From the IMG/VR virus record IMGVR_UViG_3300020577_007013: DNA of 64,000 nt, one strand, 5' to 3'. The translations under genes and the position numbers were made by a program. This document shows positions 9,804-18,411 of this stretch, piece by piece. The DNA comes from a virus (lineage: Duplodnaviria; Caudoviricetes). Each line of letters starts with the position of its first letter. Positions within the stretch are counted from its first letter, which is position 1. The notes under the pieces are model-generated. The model was not told where the DNA came from, searched no databases, and saw nothing but the letters and a program-made list of their open reading frames with translations.

Positions 9804-10726
9804 TTTCTATATCTCTTTAAAGCCCATTTACCGTAGGACTTAGCATATCGAAGGTCGTCTCTACAGACTGTGTAGACTTGAGCCTCATTGTCGATCATAA
9901 GCATTTTGTAAATAGCAAATGTGTTATGTCCACCAGTATGATAAATAATCCAAACAGTTTTGTTCCATCTATCGAAAAATTTAGCCAATCCACTGTAGAG
10001 TTGTAGGAACTGTTCTCTGTTGGTATACTCATCATCAATTGCATTTGAGACAAAGAGAACCAAATGCTTGGATTCATTTGGGTAGAAGACAGCTTCATGT
10101 AAAAAACTCAATTGAAAGTAAAGTCTCTTTTTCAGATCTGCTCTGATTGAGACAAAGCAGTCTCTTAGATCTTCTTTATGGCAAAAAGATTGCATTCCTC
10201 TATTTACTTCTCCAATCTTCAATTGTCCAATTTTACGTTTCGAATTTGGATTAAGGGAGCTATCGAATTGATAGTGTGCATGAAGTATTCTCCAATCGAT
10301 GTCGATGGAAGTAATAGAAGAACAATTCAGTATGGATGACATCATGTAGACTTGCATGAATCCCACAGTGTAGCATTCTGCAGATTCATGGTCAATTAAT
10401 TTGTCCATTTTTTGAAATGCTTCATAAGCTCTATGGTCGTTGAGCAGGAAAAAATTCAGACAGCCTTTCATAAGTCGATCAACAATCCAATTGACTTTCT
10501 TAAATCTAGGAGCTTTACAATTAATCGACATGTCGAGATATTCGAACAAATCAGAAGGGTGTAAATTTTGATCTCCGATATTATAGAGCTCTCTATGTAA
10601 ATTCGAGACTGTGATCAAAGGTCTTTCGATAGGATCTCTTTCATCTTTGAGATTTATAGGAACGAGCTCTTTAGGAGCTTCAATGCAAGACAAAAACGTG
10701 AACACTAGAATGAAATATTTTACCAT
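9755..10726 (-). CDS. putative lipoprotein
   Basis: MVKYFILVFTFLSC lipobox-like signal. Confidence 0.6.
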   Translation of the reverse strand: MVKYFILVFTFLSCIEAPKELVPINLKDERDPIERPLITVSNLHRELYNIGDQNLHPSDLFEYLDMSINCKAPRFKKVNWIVDRLMKGCLNFFLLNDHRAYEAFQKMDKLIDHESAECYTVGFMQVYMMSSILNCSSITSIDIDWRILHAHYQFDSSLNPNSKRKIGQLKIGEVNRGMQSFCHKEDLRDCFVSIRADLKKRLYFQLSFLHEAVFYPNESKHLVLFVSNAIDDEYTNREQFLQLYSGLAKFFDRWNKTVWIIYHTGGHNTFAIYKMLMIDNEAQVYTVCRDDLRYAKSYGKWALKRYRNYFDFNKPLSAASCLN

Positions 10727-10742
10727 GACTGACTATATTACG

Positions 10743-10994
10743 ATGCATGAATACAAGAGTAAATTCGCTGAAGATGTACCTGGACTCGTAACTCGAGAAA
10801 ACGATGTTCTCAAAGATAAAATCGGGAATGTCCAAAAGACGCTCGATACAATGTACTATGATATGGTGGAGATCCTTTCTGACACCCAAGAGATCGAAGC
10901 TTCTGAGTTCTTAGCAACAGTGCTTAAGAAATATAGAGACACATCAAATGATTTAAGGCGAATACTCGCAGAAATTAAGAGGAGCATAGACTAA
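10743..10994 (+). CDS. tagged helical protein (MHEYKSKFAED)
   Basis: Start revised; preceded by ACTAT-N6. Confidence 0.75.
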   Translation: MHEYKSKFAEDVPGLVTRENDVLKDKIGNVQKTLDTMYYDMVEILSDTQEIEASEFLATVLKKYRDTSNDLRRILAEIKRSID

Positions 10995-10999
10995 TCACT

Positions 11000-11989
11000 A
11001 TGGCAAAGTATAAATCTTTCTTCTCGGAGACGATCGTTTCCGATAAAAAATCAGACGAGTCAGATTCAACACTCGCAAAAGAACGTCAACCGAAACTATT
11101 TGATAAAATCGGAAGCACTGAAGACGAAGAGAACCTCAATTCCATATCACTCTCCTACGGTAGCACCAAAGACGCTACTGACAAGAAGTTCAATGGCAAA
11201 CTTGGAGAAGATACATCCAAAATTAAGTCAATGATAAAAAATGCAATTGGCGCTGACTTCGAGAAAGACTTCAATGATCATCCTAAACTCCCAGTAATCC
11301 CTGAACTCGACACTAAGCAACTCGGCAAATCCTTCTCTATTAAAGAGACTTATAAACCATTCTTTGAATCAGAAGTTCTCGATAGTGAAGATGACATAAA
11401 GAATCAAGAGAAACAAAAACTTCTCGGCTCAATGCATCCTGAAGTTATGTCACCTGAAAAAATCCATACTGACAACGTCGAGATCTCTTATGGCTACACT
11501 CATGAGACACCATACGGAGATCATCCAGTTAACTCTCCTGAAGAAGCTGCAACAGACCCCGTTGACGCAACTGATGAAGACTTTGACGGTAGACTTAATG
11601 AGGAACTTGTTGATGATACTCATTCTACAGTGAAACGTGCTATCAACTCAGATTTCTCTGACAACAAAGATTATAACAAAATCAAGAAGCTTCCAGATGC
11701 TCCTAAGTTTGGAGACAAAAAGAAGAGCAAGAAAAATGAATCTACTCTTGCCTACTTACAAACCAATTTTCGGAGTCTAATGAACCGGTATAAGAGCAAA
11801 TTTCAAGAGAACGATTTCGATGATGAGATCGAAGTAGATGCAGAAGAGTTCATAGGAAAAATTAAAAGACTAGATGATGAGGTCTCTGAATTTCCTACAG
11901 AGCAACTGTCTAATGAAAAACAAGAGGAGCTTAAAGAAGCACTAGAAGGTCTGAAATTTTCAATAGATCAAGCATTGGAGATGCTTTAA
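11000..11989 (+). CDS. acidic protein with three tags and an internal duplication
   Basis: YKSFFSE, YKPFFES, MNRYKSKFQE; repeated SYG..DATD..F.G.L.E..AI..DF..KLP. Confidence 0.8.
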   Translation: MAKYKSFFSETIVSDKKSDESDSTLAKERQPKLFDKIGSTEDEENLNSISLSYGSTKDATDKKFNGKLGEDTSKIKSMIKNAIGADFEKDFNDHPKLPVIPELDTKQLGKSFSIKETYKPFFESEVLDSEDDIKNQEKQKLLGSMHPEVMSPEKIHTDNVEISYGYTHETPYGDHPVNSPEEAATDPVDATDEDFDGRLNEELVDDTHSTVKRAINSDFSDNKDYNKIKKLPDAPKFGDKKKSKKNESTLAYLQTNFRSLMNRYKSKFQENDFDDEIEVDAEEFIGKIKRLDDEVSEFPTEQLSNEKQEELKEALEGLKFSIDQALEML

Positions 11990-12177
11990 TGAAAGCTTAT
12001 AAATCTAAATTCCAAGAAGCAGAGCAAATAGAAAGCAGAGAGAAAGATGCAGTATTGTTTGCTGATAAATGGGCCAAACGTATTAGAAAAGAGATCACCG
12101 ATCTTCATTTTTTCGATCATAAATCTATGAGAAAATTTTCAGATATGGTCGGATCCTATTTAAAGGAAATGGTCTAA
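11989..12177 (+). CDS. tagged small protein (MKAYKSKFQE)
   Basis: ORF plus tag. Confidence 0.8.
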   Translation: MKAYKSKFQEAEQIESREKDAVLFADKWAKRIRKEITDLHFFDHKSMRKFSDMVGSYLKEMV

Positions 12178-12521
12178 TGGAAAGCTATAAGTCAAAGTTC
12201 CAAGAAGCTGAAACAGCCGATCAAGAATTCGGTCAGGAAGAGACAGCTCTTCGTAATTTCAACGCTATCAGAGGTCAGATACCTTTTCCATTAGGCTCTA
12301 TGGTGAGAGTCGTTTTCGGTGATAAAGGATTTCAGTCTGACTTCGTCGGTAAGTTCAAACTCTCTGGTGGAATGATCACAATTCTTGGCAAGAAAAATGA
12401 CTCACAAAAGTTCATGGCCAATAGAATGAAAGACATCATGGTTGATCAAATCAACTTGAGCTTTAAGATTCGTTGCAGTGCGACATACAATATACCAGTA
12501 CAAATCCATGAAGAAATATAA
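12177..12521 (+). CDS. tagged hypothetical protein (MESYKSKFQE)
   Basis: ORF plus tag. Confidence 0.8.
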   Translation: MESYKSKFQEAETADQEFGQEETALRNFNAIRGQIPFPLGSMVRVVFGDKGFQSDFVGKFKLSGGMITILGKKNDSQKFMANRMKDIMVDQINLSFKIRCSATYNIPVQIHEEI

Positions 12522-12523
12522 AC

Positions 12524-13821
12524 GATTATTTTAAAGAACCATATAAGTAACATTTCTAGTTTAGTTAACTAATTATTAATATCAAAAATCCTAAGATAAG
12601 TGAAGGACTCAAGAAAACCAAGGAACGTCGGAAGACTCAGGAATGTAAAGTCTACAAGCTCAAGATTGATGAAAGTCGCTTGAATCGAGAGCAAAAAGAG
12701 TATCTCAAAATGGTCTTTGTGGAAGCGAAATGGTTCTACAATTATATTGTTTCTCTCGATGATCCATTTAATGGTCCTAAACTCAAAGTTATGAAGGAAG
12801 TCTCAGTCAAAGTTCTCGATAAATTTGAGAAAAGACTCTTTAAATTCCTTTCGACTAAAATGAAATCTGAGCTTAGAAAAAGAATTCAAGATGCCATTAA
12901 AGCACTTTCCACATTAAAGAAAAAGAACTTTAAAGTAGGTAGACTCAAATTCAAACCCCAAATAGACAGTGTGGAATTTCATAAGGTCAATATTAAAAAC
13001 AAAAAAATTATAGTTCCTTTCATAAATAAGCCATTCAAAGTCCATGGCTTTGATCAAATTCCAGAAGGAGTCGAGTTTGCCAATGGAACTCTAGAACGAA
13101 AAGCTTCTGGATATTATTTCCATGTCACGACTTTTCAAACTAAGATTCCTAAAGAAAAAACCGGTAAAGAAGTCGGAATCGACATGGGAATCAAGAACAC
13201 TGTCACGACTTCAGACGGAGAAATTTTCAAGGTTGAAGTCAAAGAGTCAGAAAAACTCAAGAGACTTCAAAGACATTTTGCTAAAAAGAAAAAGGGAAGT
13301 AAAAATCGCTTTAAAGTTCTGAAGAAAATCAAGAAAGAATATGAGAAGCTCTCGAATCAAAAGAGAGACAAGGCGAACAAAATCGTTTCTCATCTCAAGA
13401 ACTCTTTCGACAAAATTTACATTCAAGACGAAAATTTAAAAGGATGGCACAAAGGAATATTCGGAAGAGCAGTTCAAACGTCTGCTCTTGGGGCAATAAA
13501 AGCTAAGTTGAAGAGACTAGAAAGCACCCAAGTAATAGGACGATTTGAACCTACGACAAAACTTTGCTACAACTGTGGCAAAATAAATTCTCTATCTTTA
13601 TCGACTAGAATCTACAAATGCGATTGTGGACTCGAAGAAGACAGAGACATCAAAGCAGCAAAAACTATACTGTTAATTGGGCAGTCTAAAATCAATTCCA
13701 TTAGGGTCTCTAATGGTACACCTGAGGAGAAAAAGATCACTACTGCGGGTTCGTTAGAACTCGAAGCAAATCATGTTTCGTTGAGTCAGGAAGCAACTCT
13801 AGAAATAGAGTCGTAGGACAC
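12524..13821 (+). mobile_element. solo tnpB element (IS200/IS605 superfamily, no tnpA), copy 1; left end uncertain (12524 or 12570)
   Basis: tnpB ORF; right-end hairpin CTCTA-GAAA-TAGAG and GTAGGACAC shared with copy 2. Confidence 0.75.
12581..13816 (+). CDS. tnpB: RNA-guided endonuclease TnpB
   Basis: RuvC motifs GIDMG, IQDE, DRD; CxxC..CxC Zn finger; frame is open upstream of the TTG at 12680 (..TKERRKTQECKVYKLKID). Confidence 0.9.
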   Translation: MKNPKISEGLKKTKERRKTQECKVYKLKIDESRLNREQKEYLKMVFVEAKWFYNYIVSLDDPFNGPKLKVMKEVSVKVLDKFEKRLFKFLSTKMKSELRKRIQDAIKALSTLKKKNFKVGRLKFKPQIDSVEFHKVNIKNKKIIVPFINKPFKVHGFDQIPEGVEFANGTLERKASGYYFHVTTFQTKIPKEKTGKEVGIDMGIKNTVTTSDGEIFKVEVKESEKLKRLQRHFAKKKKGSKNRFKVLKKIKKEYEKLSNQKRDKANKIVSHLKNSFDKIYIQDENLKGWHKGIFGRAVQTSALGAIKAKLKRLESTQVIGRFEPTTKLCYNCGKINSLSLSTRIYKCDCGLEEDRDIKAAKTILLIGQSKINSIRVSNGTPEEKKITTAGSLELEANHVSLSQEATLEIES

Positions 13822-13840
13822 TAATATAATATGAGAGAAA
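13715..13840 (+). ncRNA. predicted TnpB omega/reRNA (3' part) plus flanking guide
   Basis: CCTGA/TCAGG stem and hairpins covarying with copy 2; 5' boundary unknown. Confidence 0.6.
13820..13833 (+). promoter_or_regulatory. ACTAA-N6-ATG candidate late promoter formed across the tnpB right junction
   Basis: ACTAATATAATATG. Confidence 0.55.
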
Positions 13841-14262
13841 CAGAACTTTTAAGACTGATCGAAGGCTACATCAAAGAATGTACAGACCTTGAATGCGAAT
13901 GTGAATGCAGCAACGAGGATGGAGACGAGCAAGGCTTTCAAGACGAGCCCATAGTCAAAGACGAAGAAATCGAATCATACGTTCCCTACATGAGAATGAC
14001 CCCTTCCTCTTCAATGGAAGAAGACCTTTCGAGTTCTCAGGAACTCGACGAGGAAAACCCTTGTGAACAGGGAGCTTCATACAATATGAGCCGTCATGGC
14101 TGTTTTGATAATATCAAAGGATCTAAAGCGAGATTTAAGCCAGGATACAGACCAGATGCAAAGAAAGGCTTCGTGAAAGTAAGCGATACAAAGACTGTAG
14201 CTCCTGGAGTTTCCGAGACCGAACACTGGCATGGTCAAGGCATGACAGCGGCACACTCTTAA
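13831..14262 (+). CDS. acidic Cys-containing hypothetical protein
   Basis: ORF track. Confidence 0.7.
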   Translation: MRETELLRLIEGYIKECTDLECECECSNEDGDEQGFQDEPIVKDEEIESYVPYMRMTPSSSMEEDLSSSQELDEENPCEQGASYNMSRHGCFDNIKGSKARFKPGYRPDAKKGFVKVSDTKTVAPGVSETEHWHGQGMTAAHS

Positions 14263-14277
14263 AATAAAATTTTATTT

Positions 14278-14301
14278 AGGCAGGAGCTTTTGTTCCTGCC
14301 T
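14278..14301. terminator. GC-rich intergenic hairpin (terminator or processing site)
   Basis: AGGCAGGAGC-TTTT-GTTCCTGCCT; no clear U-tract. Confidence 0.5.
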
Positions 14302-14309
14302 TAAAAATT

Positions 14310-15011
14310 ATGACACCATACAAATCAAAGTTTCAAGAAGGTGATCCTTACCTTGATAGAAATCCCGACGAGCCTTGGGTTCTTCCTCCTAGGTCTCAAG
14401 CAGCTGGAAGAGAAGACATATCACAATGGTCTGATGAAAAAGCAAAATTAGAGATCGAGAAATTAAAAATGTACATTTCTCGTCTCAGAACAAGAGGAGA
14501 TGACTCCTCAATACAAGACGAGATTAGAACAACCTATAGAAAAATCAGACACATTGAAGAAGTCAAATGGCCTGAAAAAGCAGCTAAGAAAAAAGCATCA
14601 GCAGCTAAAGCCAGTAATAAAGCTTACCATAAAAGACTCTCTGACAAAGAGAAAAAAGTAAACGATGAAGCAGAAGCATTCAATTCCTTCTCTGATAAGC
14701 AACAAGCTGAGCAGGCTTTTTGGGAGATTGCTAATAGAATCAGATTTATTCAAGATCAAATTCTGAGTACTAAAAGAGATAGATGGGGAACTGGAAAGTT
14801 CAAGACTGAAAACATTGAGAGACTTAGAAAAGAAGAAGAACAAGCAGTACAATTTAGAACTGAATTCAAACAACTTTTTCCAGGCATTGAGCCGAAAAGA
14901 AGACTCAGCTATAATTCATTAGATAGTTTGAAAGACAAAATAAAAAACAAAAAGCTTAAAGACTTCTTCGGAAAATACAGAGCTTGGATTGAGAAGAAAG
15001 ACAGACTATGA
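14310..15011 (+). CDS. tagged basic coiled-coil protein (MTPYKSKFQE)
   Basis: ORF plus tag. Confidence 0.8.
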   Translation: MTPYKSKFQEGDPYLDRNPDEPWVLPPRSQAAGREDISQWSDEKAKLEIEKLKMYISRLRTRGDDSSIQDEIRTTYRKIRHIEEVKWPEKAAKKKASAAKASNKAYHKRLSDKEKKVNDEAEAFNSFSDKQQAEQAFWEIANRIRFIQDQILSTKRDRWGTGKFKTENIERLRKEEEQAVQFRTEFKQLFPGIEPKRRLSYNSLDSLKDKIKNKKLKDFFGKYRAWIEKKDRL

Positions 15012-15289
15012 CTCCCTACAAATCAAGATTCACTGAAATAAAGTTCTCAGGCATAAAGACTCTTGAAGAGTTTTTTGATGTCTTGGCAGACCATATTGTG
15101 GAGCATCCTGACTTTGACTACGAGCTCGACAACATTGACATTGAAGAAGGTAAAATTGTTCTAAATTTTCCAGAAAATTATGACAAAATGGGAGAGCTTG
15201 CTGAGCATCTCACAAATGAATTCGAAGACATAAAGAACGGTTCATTCAAACTTAAAGTTGATGACCACTCTATCACTATTTCGGAGTAA
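15008..15289 (+). CDS. tagged acidic protein (MTPYKSRFTE)
   Basis: ORF plus tag. Confidence 0.8.
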   Translation: MTPYKSRFTEIKFSGIKTLEEFFDVLADHIVEHPDFDYELDNIDIEEGKIVLNFPENYDKMGELAEHLTNEFEDIKNGSFKLKVDDHSITISE

Positions 15290-15291
15290 AA

Positions 15292-15468
15292 ATGTTCATA
15301 GTAATTGATACCCATCTCACAACAGAGAAAAAATTTCGTGTAAAAATCAAGAACTTAGGAACTGGACGAATAGAAGAAGTCGTAGGATTCGTCAAGCTTT
15401 TTAAGTCAAAGCTTCCTGCAGTCAAATATATCAAAAGACTTCCTGGTTGTGAGGTAATCGAATTATGA
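15292..15468 (+). CDS. 58-aa hypothetical protein; not in ORF track
   Basis: Manual translation MFIVIDTHL..; GGAG upstream; ATGA overlap downstream. Confidence 0.65.
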   Translation: MFIVIDTHLTTEKKFRVKIKNLGTGRIEEVVGFVKLFKSKLPAVKYIKRLPGCEVIEL

Positions 15469-15722
15469 ATCTCTTCTCTTTAGCAAAAGACGTCTCTGAA
15501 CATTTCAGAGAGACAGAACTCATTGACAAGATCGAAAGTATCAAGTCATTCGAAGGAGAAGGAATCTACTCCATGATTAAGGTAATCCTAGCTCCTCCTC
15601 ATAATGACTACCTCGACGTCGACAAAAAACTCAGAACAGAGTTTCCTTCATTTCAGTTCCTAGATATGGAACCGTCTAGAGAAAATGGAGCTTTTGCTTT
15701 ACTCTACCACGAGAAAGCCTAA
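15465..15722 (+). CDS. hypothetical protein
   Basis: ORF track. Confidence 0.65.
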   Translation: MNLFSLAKDVSEHFRETELIDKIESIKSFEGEGIYSMIKVILAPPHNDYLDVDKKLRTEFPSFQFLDMEPSRENGAFALLYHEKA

Positions 15723-16043
15723 GGGTTTAACGACTTCTACAGCAAGAATTTCTTGTCTGAATTTTCTTTTTTGTCTAGGAGTCACGTAGAATCTTAATGT
15801 GGGCTTGTCGACTTCTTCCTTGATCTCACAAGTCTCATCTAATATTTCGACATTCTCTATATTCACTCCATCGAATTTTACAATTTCACTAGGATCCACC
15901 CTAAGAAAAGGTTCTTTTTTGTCTTTTCTCTTAGAACAATAGACCCAATTTGTCTTCCCATACTCACTTCTCTCTAAATAAACCGGATTTATTTCATGAG
16001 AACTTGAACGTTCTAACGGATTGATGAGAATTATGTGATGCAT
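15699..16043 (-). CDS. hypothetical protein
   Basis: ORF filling the gap between + strand genes. Confidence 0.6.
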   Translation of the reverse strand: MHHIILINPLERSSSHEINPVYLERSEYGKTNWVYCSKRKDKKEPFLRVDPSEIVKFDGVNIENVEILDETCEIKEEVDKPTLRFYVTPRQKRKFRQEILAVEVVKPLGFLVVE

Positions 16044-16097
16044 AATAGATAGTTGTGGACTAACTAGATATGAACTTTCGCTCGAATAGGAGATAAT

Positions 16098-17036
16098 ATG
16101 AAAAAATTCCTGGCACCATTTCTCTTGCTATCGCTTGTAGCAGCCGACGACCCGAACAAGCCTCTCAAAGATCGACTTCAAGAAGAGAGAATTCAGACTG
16201 AGCTTGAAAAACTCCGTATGGAAAAAGCCAAGGTTGAGCTTGAACTTAGAGAAAAACAAATGGAGTATCAACTCAAAGTATTGAAAGGTAAGATCCTCTA
16301 TTGGGAAATGCAGAGAGCGATCGATAAGATTAGATCATCCAACACAGAAAGAAGTCCTTACACTTATGAACCTGTAATCGAAGGAAAAATTAGAATCAGT
16401 GACCGTATAATCGATATGCCAATCATGATCACCAGTAAAGGTGCAAATGACATTATTAAAAAGATAGACTTCTACAACCGACAAAGTAACTATCCAATTT
16501 TTCTAGTCATCGACGTCTGCTATGGTGGTAGCGTTTTAGGTGGAGAGAAAATTATTAGAGCTATAGGTGGTAGCAATGCAAAAGTGTACATTGTAGTAAA
16601 GACTTTTGCTGCAAGCATGGCAGCAATCATTACAAGTACCTATGCTGAAAATTCTTATGTACTCAAGAATGCACTTATACTTCATCATGAGCTTTCTATG
16701 GGAGCAGAAGGAAATACTTCAAAGCATAAGGCGAGTCTAGCAGGAATGATCAGATGGCAAGAAGTTCTGTTTGCCCCTATCGCCAAACGTAAAGGAATTT
16801 CAGTAGATCAATTTGTCGACGGTCTCTACAAAATTAAGAGAGACGGTGATGCTGTCTTATTCGCAACAGACGCTGTAAAAGAACAATGGATTTTTAATAC
16901 AATCGACTCCATAGAGGATGGATCATTTACTGAGATTACTGCTACTATAGCTCAGCCTACCGTCAAGCAACTTCAAGATGAGGAGGACAGGTCTCCTGAA
17001 GATTTCTATCACATATATAGGAAAGCTTTCAAATGA
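16098..17036 (+). CDS. ClpP-like (S14) serine protease with signal peptide and coiled coil
   Basis: GGSV.GG..I, AASMAA (catalytic Ser), LILHH; N-terminus MKKFLAPFLLLSLVAA. Confidence 0.8.
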   Translation: MKKFLAPFLLLSLVAADDPNKPLKDRLQEERIQTELEKLRMEKAKVELELREKQMEYQLKVLKGKILYWEMQRAIDKIRSSNTERSPYTYEPVIEGKIRISDRIIDMPIMITSKGANDIIKKIDFYNRQSNYPIFLVIDVCYGGSVLGGEKIIRAIGGSNAKVYIVVKTFAASMAAIITSTYAENSYVLKNALILHHELSMGAEGNTSKHKASLAGMIRWQEVLFAPIAKRKGISVDQFVDGLYKIKRDGDAVLFATDAVKEQWIFNTIDSIEDGSFTEITATIAQPTVKQLQDEEDRSPEDFYHIYRKAFK

Positions 17037-17248
17037 ATTATAGACTTGAAATAAGAGAAATTGATTACGGAATTGTCTACAATGTTTGCAAAGACAAGAA
17101 TCATCCTTATTTCATGAAGATAACACAGACTTATGGCAATGTAAGATGGTGTGGAATTTGTGACGGAATGAAGCCTTTCCCTTATAATGATAAACCATCT
17201 AAAGAATCAATGGACAAACTCAAGGATCTTTTGGATGAGACCATATAG
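17033..17248 (+). CDS. small hypothetical protein (CxxC)
   Basis: ORF track. Confidence 0.6.
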   Translation: MNYRLEIREIDYGIVYNVCKDKNHPYFMKITQTYGNVRWCGICDGMKPFPYNDKPSKESMDKLKDLLDETI

Positions 17249-17570
17249 GTCATTGTTTGAATCAACAAAACAAAGACTTGAAAAGTCATTCCAGTGTACA
17301 GATGCTGATGAGAATGGTATTTTTCCTGAGACTTGTCCATTCGGAGAGATAGATACTAATGAGTTCTCTCAGTTCATACATGAGATTGAACAGTTTCCTC
17401 TTACTGAAGAAGAGTTTAGAAGACACTATAGTCTTCCTAAGTTTGATCCCATCTCAGTAGAACTTAGACAAAGAACTCCTGAATTTCGAATTTTCGGAGA
17501 TGTCAATAATAAAAAAGGATTTGTGGTACTCTTCGACGGAGATGTACATTATATTTATGAAAAAGTATAG
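17235..17570 (+). CDS. tagged hypothetical protein (MRPYRSLFES)
   Basis: Start revised to the tag Met. Confidence 0.75.
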   Translation: MRPYRSLFESTKQRLEKSFQCTDADENGIFPETCPFGEIDTNEFSQFIHEIEQFPLTEEEFRRHYSLPKFDPISVELRQRTPEFRIFGDVNNKKGFVVLFDGDVHYIYEKV

Positions 17571-18411
17571 GTCATTGTTTGAAGACAAAAAAGAGAGACC
17601 TCAGTTAGAGGAGTTCATTGATGTGTTCATGACTAAGTTTCCTTCAATGTTCGTTAGGGGACTTGGAATTGTTTTAGAAGTTGACGACTGTACAGTCTCT
17701 GTAGATCTCACTCCATTCGATGGTAGAATTCGAATAAGCTCTATCATGGTCTCTGAACCAGATAGAGGAAAAGGAATCGCATCTAAAGTCATGAAAGAAC
17801 TCATAAGTCTATCCAACGAGCTTCAAGTCGAACTTTCTCTTTTAGTAGAGCCATTCGGCAGAGTCAGAACGCTTAACAGACGAGCTCTTTCTAGTTGGTA
17901 TAGACGATTAGGATTTAAACAGAAAGGTGGCAACAAAGACAGTCTCGTCTATGAGCCCCCTATCAAGCTAAGTGGAAAATTCAAGGAGGAGTACTACTCC
18001 TCCGATCTCCAGCAGCATGGAGCAACTTTCGAAGTATTCAAAAATCCCGATAAAGGCGAATTTATGGAAATGAAGGATGTCTCCTTTGTGTACCTTAGAG
18101 GAGTTCTTGTCGGAGACGACGTCTACGTAACTTCAGAATTTTGTACAGACGGTGAGTCTCCTGTAGTGCATTCAGATATTTTAAGAGTTCTGAAAGAGAA
18201 AGGTGTCATAAACGAATATTCCAGAGCTCTCGTTCAAGACGACATGATTGAAAAATACTTCTGCTTCTATATAGAGCAAAATAACAAAGTCACAGTCTCT
18301 GGATCTTATAGCAATTCTTTTATGAGTGGAAACAAAATTGACTTGACACCTTACTTTGAGAAGATCAAGACTCGAATGCCTTGGTTGAGTTATTCTTCTT
18401 CATCTGTATAA
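17557..18411 (+). CDS. tagged GNAT-family acetyltransferase plus C-terminal domain (MKKYRSLFED)
   Basis: V....RGKGIAS..M motif A; WYRRLGF motif. Confidence 0.8.
   Translation: MKKYRSLFEDKKERPQLEEFIDVFMTKFPSMFVRGLGIVLEVDDCTVSVDLTPFDGRIRISSIMVSEPDRGKGIASKVMKELISLSNELQVELSLLVEPFGRVRTLNRRALSSWYRRLGFKQKGGNKDSLVYEPPIKLSGKFKEEYYSSDLQQHGATFEVFKNPDKGEFMEMKDVSFVYLRGVLVGDDVYVTSEFCTDGESPVVHSDILRVLKEKGVINEYSRALVQDDMIEKYFCFYIEQNNKVTVSGSYSNSFMSGNKIDLTPYFEKIKTRMPWLSYSSSSV

Noticed and set aside
744-15030. Tag-encoding DNA as a mobile repeat or recombination cassette site
   Set aside because: Codons vary synonymously (tat/tac, aaa/aag, tct/tca/agc/agt), so conservation is at the protein level
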